Source: Candidatus Latescibacterota bacterium
Lineage (GTDB): Bacteria > Latescibacterota > UBA2968 > UBA8231
Direction: 5' to 3'
DNA: 64,000 bases
Assembly: GCA_965206595.1 (NCBI GenBank)
Contig: OZ242214.1
Span: 4,896,001-4,960,000 of the forward strand
Position 1 is the stretch's first letter; the number at the start of each line of letters is the position of its first letter. Of the stretch, positions 9,033 to 18,350 are shown one piece after another. Below the pieces are notes generated by a model. It did not search any database and was not told the DNA's origin. It worked only from the letters and a program-made list of their open reading frames with translations. Both the position numbers and the translations under genes were made by a program.

Positions 9033-10486
9033 TTTGAGACCGGATTCGACCCTGTTCGCGCGGATCGGGGGCGCTGTGTTGTCGGAAGAATCATCGACGG
9101 TCTGTATGATCGCATCGAGAAAGACGTCGAACTACGTCCCATGTTCACCCGGACGTTCACTTCCGAACGCATGAAGCAGAAGGCCTTCATGGAAGGGTGG
9201 ATGGACGGTGAACCGGATTACACCCGTCATCATGCCCACGGCGGTATCAAAAGAATCCGCGAAGCGGTGGCTGATGCATATGACCGCGTCGCTGCGTGAC
9301 AACGTCGGGGAGGAGCGGCTCGTCGATGAAGTTCTTTCGACGCTCGGACCCCTCGCTCACGGCCTCGTCAACGAGGATAAACCCCCGCAAAACCGGTGGC
9401 AACTGCGATGCCACAGGGAGAATAGATGCAGGCAGCCGGCCAAACTGGCGGCTCGGGGTCAACTGGAGGAACTGAAACGACTCCTGGACGAAGATCCCGC
9501 CATTTTGAGTGATCCGCGCCAGGGGCGATTCTCCTGGTTGAAGCTGCCTCGCGGGGACGCACCGCCGTAGCGGCCATGCTGCTGGAACGGGGAGGGGACG
9601 TCAACCTGCCGGCGCCGCACACGAGCGATCTCATGATGACCCCTTACTGCCCCTCCCGCTACAAAAATAAACTCGAAACCTCCGGTTTTCTTCTGAACCA
9701 TGGAGCCGTGTACGACATCTTCAGCGCCTGTTTTCTCGGCGATCTGGATCGGATATCGACGCTGCTCCAGGAAGTACCCGATCTGGTCAATGCACACGAT
9801 CCTGCCTGCGATCACCTTCCCGTAACCCCCATCCATCATGCCGTCTATGCCGGACACGAAGAGGTCGTGGGGTTCCTCTTCGAAATGGGTGCCGAACCTG
9901 GTATCAACAGCACTCCACTGGTCAGGTACGCCGCCGGTCGAGGACAGACGCGCCTGCTCAGGCTGTTGCTGAAGCGCGGCGCCGACGCCTCGAGGACAGG
10001 CTGCGGACGCTGGGTCCTCGATCAGGACACCTCCGCCCTCCTGATGAGTCACGGGGCCGACGTCAACTGCCCCGAAGGGGCCTGGGTGTGGACGGCATGT
10101 ACGGGAAACAACAGCCAGAGGGACGACCCCCGTTACGTCCAGGCCCTGCTGGACCCCGAATCGACACGGTACTGCGCGTCGCCCAGGCGCTGCACTATGC
10201 ATCCAAGGCGGGATTCACGGGTGTAATGGAAGTACTGCTGAAAAACCATGCCCCGGTCGACGCGCGGAGCGACATGGGGGAGACGCCCCTGTTTTTCGCG
10301 CTGAAGGCCGGACCGCGGACGAACATGGTGAGAACCGTCGAGCTGCTTCTATCGCATGGGGCGGATCCCCACCGGGAAGACGATTCCGGAAAAACACCCT
10401 GGAGTATCGCCCGCCGCATGCGGCACCCGGACGCGGGCGAAATCATCGCGCTGTTCGACGCCGCCAGCTCTCGCCAGACGGCGTGA
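9033..10486 (+). pseudogene. Truncated-hemoglobin (globin) plus ankyrin-repeat fusion, multiply disrupted
   Basis: Joined frames give STLFARIGG/..IIDGLYDRIEKDVELRPMF...KQKAFMEGWMDGEPDY.../KESAKRWLMHM..., followed by ankyrin repeats (TPIHHAVYAGH, TPLVRYAAGRG, GETPLFFA). About four frameshifts or deletions. Confidence 0.75.
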
Positions 10487-10562
10487 TTTCCGAAGCTGTT
10501 GCCATATCAGCTGGGGGAGTTATATTTCGACTCATTATGACTCTCAATAATGGTTCGCGCAC

Positions 10563-10802
10563 ATGAAATCTCTCACAATACACATGGACGAGGCCTTGGA
10601 CCGTCGCGTTCGAGAAAAGGCAGCGAGTGAAGGAGTCAGCCTGAACCGGACCGTGACTCGCGTGCTGCGGGAGGCGTTGGGACTCAATCCCAAGAGCAAC
10701 CGGGCCCAATTCGAAGACCATATCGGCGTCTGGAGCGAGGAGGAAAAACGCGAGTTCGACGCGCTGACCAGACGGGATGTCGACCCACGGGACTGGCAAT
10801 GA
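10563..10802 (+). CDS. Antitoxin (RHH/FitA-like)
   Basis: MKSLTIH.DEALDRRVREKAASEGVSLN. ATGA overlap with the PIN gene. Confidence 0.85.
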   Translation: MKSLTIHMDEALDRRVREKAASEGVSLNRTVTRVLREALGLNPKSNRAQFEDHIGVWSEEEKREFDALTRRDVDPRDWQ

Positions 10803-11188
10803 AGGTCCTGCTCGACACCAACGCGTTGAGTGCCCTGTGGCACGGCGACGAGCGCATACTCGAAGCCCTCGACCAGGCCGAGCAGGTTCTCCTGTCCGTT
10901 ATCGTTTTGGGTGAACTGCACGCCGGCTTCAGGGGCGGCAGCCGGCTGGTTGAAAACCGGGCCCGCCTGAACGACTTCCTTGGCAAGCCTCTTGTCGAGA
11001 CCCTCGAGGTATCCGCAGAGACGTCCGAAGTCTATGGCCAGATCAAAGATTCTTTGCGCAAGGCAGGTAATCCGATTCCCATCAACGACGTTTGGCTGTC
11101 CGCCCAAGCGATAGAGATCGGGGCTGTGCTGGTTACCTTCGACGAACACTTTCGCCATGTTGCAGGTCTGCGGCGATGGGAGTTCTGA
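10799..11188 (+). CDS. vapC: PIN-domain toxin (VapC family)
   Basis: VLLDTNAL, IVLGELHAG, PIPINDVWLSA and LVTFDEHF motifs. Confidence 0.93.
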   Translation: MKVLLDTNALSALWHGDERILEALDQAEQVLLSVIVLGELHAGFRGGSRLVENRARLNDFLGKPLVETLEVSAETSEVYGQIKDSLRKAGNPIPINDVWLSAQAIEIGAVLVTFDEHFRHVAGLRRWEF

Positions 11189-11366
11189 TTCGAATCGGCA
11201 ATCGACTGGACGCAGGGACGCCCCCGCGAGTGAGCGTTGATTGACGTGAGTTCAGGCGACGATGCGACCCCGGCGACGGAAACTCCTCGCACCGAGCCGG
11301 GCCCTCTGCCTACCCCCTGGCCAGCTAGCCGATCGCCCGGGCAACTGACAGCGAAAGAAACCTGAG

Positions 11367-12443
11367 ATGAATCGCAAAGACCCCGATACAGACTGGTTTG
11401 CAGTTGAACCGCCCGAGCCCCCCAATCAGGGGATCATGTTCGTCGATCATGCCAGGGCCGGCCGCAGCGGTCACCTGGGCCACGCCCTGGTCGAGTACGC
11501 GCCGGGCAGGATACTGGCCTTCTACGCCAACTGCTCCGATTTCCAGAAGGGCCACAGCGGGGATGGCTGGATGGAGTTCAAGCGCTCGGAGGACGGCGGA
11601 CGCACCTGGAGCGAGCCCGCGGCCCTCGAATACTCAAGGCAGACCTACGACCAGGGGGTGGGGCACTCGGTCATGTGCGAAAAGGCGCTGCGAGCCGACG
11701 ACGGAGCGATCCTCCTGTTCAACCTGGAGTGCCGCGGCAAGGGCTGGCAGCCGCTGGCGGTTCCGACCTGTCTGCGCAGCACCGATTGCGGTTCCACCTG
11801 GGAACCCGCAAGACCCATCGGCGATGAGCCCGCGCGCATCTGGGATGCAATTCTTCACGAAGCCTGCATTCTCGTCCTGGAGCTGTGCAACGACAGCGCT
11901 GTCCATTGGTACGGCAACCTGCCGGACCACCGTTACGCTCTCCATGTCAGCCAGGACAACGGTCTCACCTTCTCCCGACGCAGCATCCTTCCCCTCGACG
12001 TTCAGGGACGCGGTTACGGGACCATGGCCACTCTGCCCGACGGCAGGCTCATCGCCTATGTCTACAACATCGATGACGAAAAGCATCTCGACTACGTGAC
12101 CAGCGACGACGGCGGTTGCACGTGGAGCTCCGTGCAAACCGCCTTCATGGCCAAGAAAATTCGCAACCCGCAGATGGCGGCGTTCAGGGACGGCTTCGTT
12201 CTGCACGGCCGCAGTGGCAACAAGGGCGAGGGGAGGAATCACTTCGTCCTCTATTCCTCGCGGGATGGAGAGAATTGGGACGCCGGCCGTTATCTACGCA
12301 TGGGCGAAGCGGGGGCCGGCGCCTACTCCAACAACCTGATCGTCAGAAACCCGGACACAGGGCTGCCTGAAGGATTGCTCATCCAGGCTTCTCACGCCTA
12401 CGAGGAACACATGACCAATGTGCTGCATTGGTGGTTGCGATAG
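11367..12443 (+). CDS. BNR/Asp-box repeat sialidase-like protein
   Basis: Repeated SxDxGxTW Asp-boxes (SEDGGRTW, STDCGSTW, SQDNGLTF, SDDGGCTW). Confidence 0.85.
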   Translation: MNRKDPDTDWFAVEPPEPPNQGIMFVDHARAGRSGHLGHALVEYAPGRILAFYANCSDFQKGHSGDGWMEFKRSEDGGRTWSEPAALEYSRQTYDQGVGHSVMCEKALRADDGAILLFNLECRGKGWQPLAVPTCLRSTDCGSTWEPARPIGDEPARIWDAILHEACILVLELCNDSAVHWYGNLPDHRYALHVSQDNGLTFSRRSILPLDVQGRGYGTMATLPDGRLIAYVYNIDDEKHLDYVTSDDGGCTWSSVQTAFMAKKIRNPQMAAFRDGFVLHGRSGNKGEGRNHFVLYSSRDGENWDAGRYLRMGEAGAGAYSNNLIVRNPDTGLPEGLLIQASHAYEEHMTNVLHWWLR

Positions 12444-12483
12444 TGGCTCTCGTGTGCGCGGCAGTCGCCCCGAGCCCCGGCGT

Positions 12484-13260
12484 CTAGCCCGCCGGCCGTA
12501 CTCGTGACCGCTGCTCCTCGGTCATGTCGTCCGCCACTTCGGGGCCGTGCGTTCCGAAGCTCATGAAGCCCGGGGTGTAGCGATAGATCAGAGCGCGGCG
12601 CTGATGTTCGCCGTTCCACTTCAGGGTGCCGTGGGTGCAGGCCTCGACGAAGATCACGGCATCGCCCGCCCGGACGTGAATCTCCTTGACCAGCTCCTGG
12701 TGTGCTTCGTAGAACTGCAGCGCCTGCGGCAGGGGGTAATTCGACTTGTGGCCGCCGGGGACGATCGCCAGGCCGCCGTCGCCGGGTCCCTCGTCGGAAA
12801 GCATGAACTCCACGACGGTCATGCCGCAGTAGATCCTGCCGTGTTTCCACATGTAGGTCTGGGTGAAGTCGGGCCGCTCGACTCCGCCGCCGTGCAGGTA
12901 GTGGCCGGCACACCCCTTCTCCATGGTCACCAGGTCGGGCCCGACGTTGATGCGCCAGCCGCTTCCGAGGATTTCGGTCAGGCAGGAGCTGACGCGCGGG
13001 TGCACGAGCAGTTCGCGGAAGGGTTCGCACCAGGGGGCGTCCCAGGTGAGCATGCCGGACATCCAATGCTGCCGAACCTCGCTCGCCAGCACCTGCGAGT
13101 CGCCTTCCAACCGCCGTTCGTGGGGCTCGAGCTGATCGGCGTGATGATCTATGGCCCGGTTGCACCGCGCCACCTGGTCCGGCGACATCACTTCCCGAAG
13201 CACGAGGTAACCGTTCAGGTCGAAGACGTACTTCTCGTCGTCGTTCACTGTCCGCTCCAT
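12484..13260 (-). CDS. Phytanoyl-CoA dioxygenase (PhyH)-family protein
   Basis: FDLNGYLVLREV, LHGG, GGLAIVPGGHKSNY and GDAVIFVEACTHGT. Confidence 0.88.
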   Translation of the reverse strand: MERTVNDDEKYVFDLNGYLVLREVMSPDQVARCNRAIDHHADQLEPHERRLEGDSQVLASEVRQHWMSGMLTWDAPWCEPFRELLVHPRVSSCLTEILGSGWRINVGPDLVTMEKGCAGHYLHGGGVERPDFTQTYMWKHGRIYCGMTVVEFMLSDEGPGDGGLAIVPGGHKSNYPLPQALQFYEAHQELVKEIHVRAGDAVIFVEACTHGTLKWNGEHQRRALIYRYTPGFMSFGTHGPEVADDMTEEQRSRVRPAG

Positions 13261-13934
13261 TCAACTTCGCGCCTTTTTTCCAACCGGCTCGAGACTTCCT
13301 TTTCCACATCCTCGTGATCTATCTTGCCCACCCACTGAGCTACGATCTGACCGTCCCGGTCGAGAAGAAACATTGCAGGAATCGCTTTCACCTTGAACTG
13401 ATGCCAGGCGGGCGTCTGTTTCGCGTCAACGAAGATGGGGTATGTAATGTCCATTTTTTCCACCATCTTCTTGATCTTCCTGCCCCGGTCCTTGTCTTCA
13501 TCTATGGACACACCCAGAACTTCAACCCCCTTGTCGGAAAAAGCGCTGTAGAGTTGTTGCAACCGGGGCATGGTCTCGAGACAAGGTTTGCACCAGGTCG
13601 CCCAGAAATCCACGAGCACGATTTTGCCGTTCAAATCTCCCAACGCCTTGTCCCCGCCCTCCAGCATTTCAACGACGAAGGGTGGTGCAGGTCGTGGAAA
13701 TACCGGCGGTAAATAGGCCAAGGGATCCGCGGCGAATTCCATTTTACAATCTCTGGAACAAAAGTAATACGTCTTGCCTTCATGTTCCGAATAGGCCTTG
13801 ACCTTTTCCAACTCGGTCTCGCCGGCCTTCAATGCACAGACACTGCAAAGTGCCTTGTCGGGAATCTGAGCTTCAGCCATAAGCGAAGCCGAACCGGCAA
13901 GGAAAATCAGAACCCAAAATTTGCTATAACGCAT
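13245..13934 (-). CDS. Exported YHS-domain plus TlpA/ResA-type thioredoxin-fold redoxin
   Basis: Signal peptide, YHS CSVC...YYFCSRDC, and VDFWATWCKPC active site. Confidence 0.9.
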   Translation of the reverse strand: MRYSKFWVLIFLAGSASLMAEAQIPDKALCSVCALKAGETELEKVKAYSEHEGKTYYFCSRDCKMEFAADPLAYLPPVFPRPAPPFVVEMLEGGDKALGDLNGKIVLVDFWATWCKPCLETMPRLQQLYSAFSDKGVEVLGVSIDEDKDRGRKIKKMVEKMDITYPIFVDAKQTPAWHQFKVKAIPAMFLLDRDGQIVAQWVGKIDHEDVEKEVSSRLEKRREVEWSGQ

Positions 13935-13946
13935 TGATCCTCCACG

Positions 13947-14615
13947 CTAAAATCCGAGAGAAAACGAAACACCCATGGTTTCAAGCCACACATACATCAA
14001 GCTGACCCCGTATTGAGCAGCGAAATAATTCAGCATCGCATGCCCCCGGTCGCCATCGTACATCGGTCGAAATGAAAAGCCCTTGCCCAATTCAACCCCC
14101 GCGCCGAAGGGAACATTGATGCCCCCATCCCATTCCGAATAATTCAGACTGCCGTAAAGAGAAGTCCGCAACCGCGGAATATATTTACTTACAGTCGCGA
14201 AGTAAGACTGCTCGCCTGCCGGCGAACCAATTCGATCCGAGCTCGTGCCCAGAAAGAGCGCCGGACGCGTCTCTGTTTCCGTCAACAAAAATAGAGTCAC
14301 AAGAGGTCCTGCCTCTTGTGCTTTCGGATTCAGCTCAACCCCGACCTGCAGGCGTCGATGCAGGCTGTAATTGGCGGTAAACCGCCACTGCGGACGGTCC
14401 ATCGACGTATCTACATACCGCCCCGAAAATGCATATTTCGTATGAATGCCACTCCCCCGGAGCGGTGCGCCTTCGCCAGGTCAGCCCACTCAGGTAGGCG
14501 TCATCGAAAATGTCGGCCGTTCACTCCGCGTAGAATCCGGCTGCGTTTCCTGTGCAAGAACAGGTGATGTGCCCAGGTATATGGCCAAAAGAAAAAGAGG
14601 AAAGTTCATCATCAT
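13947..14615 (-). CDS. Putative exported/outer-membrane selenoprotein with a UxxU motif (two in-frame TGA codons read as Sec)
   Basis: One continuous frame: MMMNFPLFLLAIYLGTSPVLA (signal)...TPT-TGA(14492-14490)-VG-TGA(14483-14481)-PGEGAPLRGSGIH...MDRPQWRF...GVSFSLGF. A SECIS-like hairpin follows the second TGA. Confidence 0.7.
14444..14474 (-). promoter_or_regulatory. Candidate bacterial SECIS hairpin
   Basis: CCGCUCC-GGG-GGAGUGG stem-loop with a GAA/UUC lower stem. The G-rich apical loop starts 22 nt after the second UGA and 31 nt after the first. Confidence 0.55.
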
Positions 14616-15024
14616 GTTCCGTCTGCATAGATAGAAAGGTGTATGCATACAAAAAACGTCTCCCGACCCATCGCCGCAATCCTGTGCAAGGACCCGCACC
14701 TTGCGCCCCCGCTGCGATCCCGGCCACTTCGCCTTCAGATGAATGGGTGCAACGCGGAAAATTGCAACGGCGGTCGGATTTACCTGGCCAATGCCTCCCG
14801 ACCGCGATGGAGAGCGCCAAACCCAGGGCTTTCTGGCTTCCAGCCACCGCGCCGGGAACCGGTGGACCAGGCCGGCTTCCAGAAGGTACATTCGCGCACC
14901 GGGGCAACGGGATGCCCCCCCGATTTCGGAGTGGCTTCGTCGAGAGCTGAGTGATCCGGCGCCCCGCAACCCAACGCAGCGAACATCCCCCTGCATCGGT
15001 AATGCAAAGGAAAAGGAGTGGACT

Positions 15025-15348
15025 ATGTATTCAACTGGACAGACGTACCAGCTCAGACCCGGCTTCTACGACCAGTACAAGAAAGCCCACGATGAGCTGT
15101 GGCCCGGGCTGGCAGAGGCGATGGCCGCCAAGGGGGTGAACATGGTGATCTACCGGTACGGAGACCGCCTGTTCCTCTACGCCACGGCGCCGTCACAGGA
15201 GCATTTCGAGCAGAGTCACGCCGGGGATAAAGCCCAGGAATGGCTGGAGTACATGGCGACGATGATGGTCACCGGAGAGGACGGCAAGACCATCGTCGAA
15301 GAGATGGAAATGGCCTTTTCGTTCGGTGCCTTCAAGGCTGATGACTAG
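15025..15348 (+). CDS. L-rhamnose mutarotase-family protein
   Basis: LRPGFYDQYKKAHDELWP...LFLY...EWLEYM, with an AAGGAG SD. Confidence 0.8.
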   Translation: MYSTGQTYQLRPGFYDQYKKAHDELWPGLAEAMAAKGVNMVIYRYGDRLFLYATAPSQEHFEQSHAGDKAQEWLEYMATMMVTGEDGKTIVEEMEMAFSFGAFKADD

Positions 15349-15445
15349 TCCCTCTGCATGGCGTTGATGGGGGACCTCGAACTCCGATGAAAGATCCGAT
15401 GCGGACCGGAGCCGTTCACCTTGGCGAACAAAGAGGAGCAATTCC

Positions 15446-16336
15446 ATGCGTTTGCAAGACAAGGTGGCCCTGATCACCGGGGCGGGCAGCAATATCGGAC
15501 GGGCAATGGCCCGCTTGTTCGCCCGCGAGGGCGCGGCGGTGGTGGTCGGCGATACGGACGAGGTCGGAGGCGGCGAAACCGTGCGGCTCATCGAAGCGTC
15601 CGGAGGTCGGGCATGTTCGGTCGCCGGCGACGTCGGCACGACGCAGGGGCTGCGTCTGAGCATCGACCGGGCGGTGGAGACCTATGGGCGGCTCGACATA
15701 TTCCTGAGCAATGCCACTTCCGGGGCCTCGGGCACCATTGCCCGGTTCGACAGGGCCGGGGCGGAAAAGCTGTTGATGGTCAACCTCATGGCGCTGATGG
15801 AAGGGGCCCACTACTGCCTGCCCCACATGCAGCAGGCAGGCGGCGGCGCCATTGTCGCCACCTCCTCGGTGCAGGCCCTGGTGGGGGTCCCCGGACATCC
15901 TGCCTACGGGGCGGCCAAGGCCGGCATGCTGGGGGCGGTGCGCAGCATGGCGGTGGAATTGTGGCCTTGCAAAGTGCGAGTCAACGCCGTGTGCCCGGGC
16001 AGTGCTTCGGGCAAGACCTGGAACGTGATCGACGAGTTGGGCGAAGAGTACCTGCCCGAATTCGAGGCGCGCTTTGGCAGGGAGATGCGCCATTTGCCCC
16101 TGCCCGTGTCCACCGACCCGATGGCCATTGCCCAGGCGGCGCTGTTTCTGGCCTCGGACGAAGCCAGCTACATCACCGGGCAACACCTGTCGGTCGACGC
16201 CGGCCTCGCCCTGTTGCACTACAGCGTCTTCCACGGACCCGAGCCGCTCGACACGCCGCAGGCAAAAAGCCGGCGGCAAAGCGAATTGCAAGCGGAATTC
16301 GAGGCGTGGTTGGCAGCGAAGAAAGAAGAGCGCTAA
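15446..16336 (+). CDS. SDR-family oxidoreductase
   Basis: TGAGSNIG, YGAAK and VRVNAVCPG. Confidence 0.92.
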   Translation: MRLQDKVALITGAGSNIGRAMARLFAREGAAVVVGDTDEVGGGETVRLIEASGGRACSVAGDVGTTQGLRLSIDRAVETYGRLDIFLSNATSGASGTIARFDRAGAEKLLMVNLMALMEGAHYCLPHMQQAGGGAIVATSSVQALVGVPGHPAYGAAKAGMLGAVRSMAVELWPCKVRVNAVCPGSASGKTWNVIDELGEEYLPEFEARFGREMRHLPLPVSTDPMAIAQAALFLASDEASYITGQHLSVDAGLALLHYSVFHGPEPLDTPQAKSRRQSELQAEFEAWLAAKKEER

Positions 16337-17083
16337 ATGGCGGAGCGGTCCTACGATCCGGTCGTGTGCCGGGTGGAAGCTCTGGCGAGCCGGGGCCGGA
16401 CGGTGGAAACCATCGGGGTGGTCGAGGGCCACCCGGTTTTCTGCATCCGTGCGGGCTCGCCCCGGCGGCTGCGGGTCCTGCTGACCGGTGGGGTCCACGG
16501 CGACGAGCCGGCCGGGGTGGAGGCGATCCTGGGCTTTGTCGAAGAGGACATGGGCCCCTGGCTCGGGCAGGTGGAGTTCACTGCGGTGCCCTGCGTCAAT
16601 CCCGTGGGGTACGTGCGCGACACCCGCGACAACGGGGGCGGAGCGGACATCAACCGCTCTTTCGAGAGCACCGATGTGCCCGAAGTGCAACTGGTCAGGA
16701 AGGTGCTGGAGGGGAGTCGGCTGGACGCATTCGTCGATTGCCACGAAGACTGGGAGGCCGATGGCTTTTACATGTACGAGGGGCTGCGACAAGGCACAGC
16801 CGCAGGACCAGCCGTCATTGGCACAGTTGCAGAGCATGCTTCCATCGATCCGGACAGCGGCGAGGACAGTGAACCCGTTTCCCCGGGCGTGTTCGCGATT
16901 TCCCCGTCCTGGGGCCTGGTAGGGCTGGGGCCCTATGTGTTGCACGGACACGCCTCCCGCGCATGCATCTTTGAAACGCCGACTGAATGGCCTCTGGAGA
17001 AACGGGTTGCCGTGCACCGGGTGGGGCTGGACACCGCCCTGCGGCATTGGACGGGAGAACAGAGGTCTCTACGGACCGAATAA
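16337..17083 (+). CDS. M14-like zinc carboxypeptidase / succinylglutamate desuccinylase family protein
   Basis: GGVHGDEPAG, VNPVG, DINRSF, DCHED and FETP. Confidence 0.88.
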   Translation: MAERSYDPVVCRVEALASRGRTVETIGVVEGHPVFCIRAGSPRRLRVLLTGGVHGDEPAGVEAILGFVEEDMGPWLGQVEFTAVPCVNPVGYVRDTRDNGGGADINRSFESTDVPEVQLVRKVLEGSRLDAFVDCHEDWEADGFYMYEGLRQGTAAGPAVIGTVAEHASIDPDSGEDSEPVSPGVFAISPSWGLVGLGPYVLHGHASRACIFETPTEWPLEKRVAVHRVGLDTALRHWTGEQRSLRTE

Positions 17084-17180
17084 TGAAGCGGCGCTTGCGG
17101 AACGCCCTACCGGCCGCAGTACAAGGGCCAGCCCTCTGTCCCCGATGAAATCCAGTCGAATCGCGCTCGGCAACCGGGGG

Positions 17181-18269
17181 CTAGTGTCCTGTCGCAGAGA
17201 TTCGTTCACAAAGTCTCTTGATTTTGGCGAGGATGGAATCCGCCGTAGCCGTCCAGACGAAAGGGTGTGCGTTGGCGTTCCATTTGGCCGTGTAGCGTTC
17301 GATTCGCTCGATGAGCTCCGACACCTTGCGGAACGAATCGCGCCGAACCGCCTGGCGGGTGAGGATATTGAACCAGATCTCCACCTGATTGAGCCACGAA
17401 GCATACGTGGGAGTGTAGTGAAGGTGAAATCGGGGACGCCGTGCCAGCCATCGCTTGACCTTGGCATGCTTATGCGTGGCGTAGTTGTCGACGACGAGAT
17501 GAATATCGAGGTCAGCGGGCACGTTGGCCTCGATGTGGCGCAGGAACTGGAGGAACTCCTGGTGACGATGACGGGGCTTGCACTGGGTCATCACTTCCCC
17601 GGTGGCGATGTCCAGGGCGGCAAACAGGGTGGTGGTGCCGTGCCGCTTGTAGTCGTGCGTAATCCCTTCCACGTATCCCAGTCCCAGGGGCAGTATGGGC
17701 TGACTTCGTTCCAACGCCTGGATCTGGCTCTTCTCGTCCACGCACAGCACCAGGGCGTGCTCGGGGGGATTCAGGTACAAGCCGACGATATCCCGTACTT
17801 TGTCGACAAAGAAAGGATCGGTGGAAAGCTTGAAGCGCTTGTGTCGATGGGGCTGCAAACCATACGTGCGCCAAATGCGATGAACCGCGTCCTTGGTCAG
17901 GCCGGTTTCTTCGCCCATGGAGCGCACCGACCACTGTGTTTCGTCTTTGGGCTTGGTCTTCAGGGTCTTGTATACCACCTCGGCTACCTGCTCGTCCGTG
18001 ATCGATCGCGGCGCCCCTGAACGTAGTTCATCATACAAGCCATTGAGTCCGTTGTCGAGAAAACGCCGGCGCCATTTGCCCACCGTAGCTCGCGTCACAC
18101 CCACCGCGGAAGCGACCGCTTCATTGGGCCAGCCATCGGCGGCCAGCAGCACCATCTCGGCTCGCCGCACCAATCCGTGGGGAAGACTTCGTGATTTGGC
18201 CATCGATTCCAGTCGTTCCCGGTCCGACGGACTCAGCTCTAACGGCGTTAATGGACGCCCCGTCACCAT
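17181..18269 (-). CDS. IS630 transposase
   Basis: [34 protein letters not shown] and [10 protein letters not shown]. The frame is intact. Confidence 0.96.
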   Translation of the reverse strand: MVTGRPLTPLELSPSDRERLESMAKSRSLPHGLVRRAEMVLLAADGWPNEAVASAVGVTRATVGKWRRRFLDNGLNGLYDELRSGAPRSITDEQVAEVVYKTLKTKPKDETQWSVRSMGEETGLTKDAVHRIWRTYGLQPHRHKRFKLSTDPFFVDKVRDIVGLYLNPPEHALVLCVDEKSQIQALERSQPILPLGLGYVEGITHDYKRHGTTTLFAALDIATGEVMTQCKPRHRHQEFLQFLRHIEANVPADLDIHLVVDNYATHKHAKVKRWLARRPRFHLHYTPTYASWLNQVEIWFNILTRQAVRRDSFRKVSELIERIERYTAKWNANAHPFVWTATADSILAKIKRLCERISATGH

Positions 18270-18350
18270 AGGTCTCTCCTTTCAGAAGGGGGATAAGGGA
18301 AACCTACGGCACTTTCAATTGTTTGTACAGTTAATTACACGACATGACAC
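17184..18350 (-). mobile_element. IS630-family insertion sequence with TA target duplication
   Basis: Terminal inverted repeats GTGTCCTGTCG / CGACATGACAC flanked by TA at 17182-83 and 18351-52 (CTAG target). Confidence 0.92.

Noticed and set aside
14481-14492. Genome-wide TGA reassignment (Trp or Gly) as the explanation for the in-frame TGAs
   Set aside because: Many genes here end in TGA with ATGA or GTGA overlaps, and Trp is encoded by TGG, so the standard code applies.
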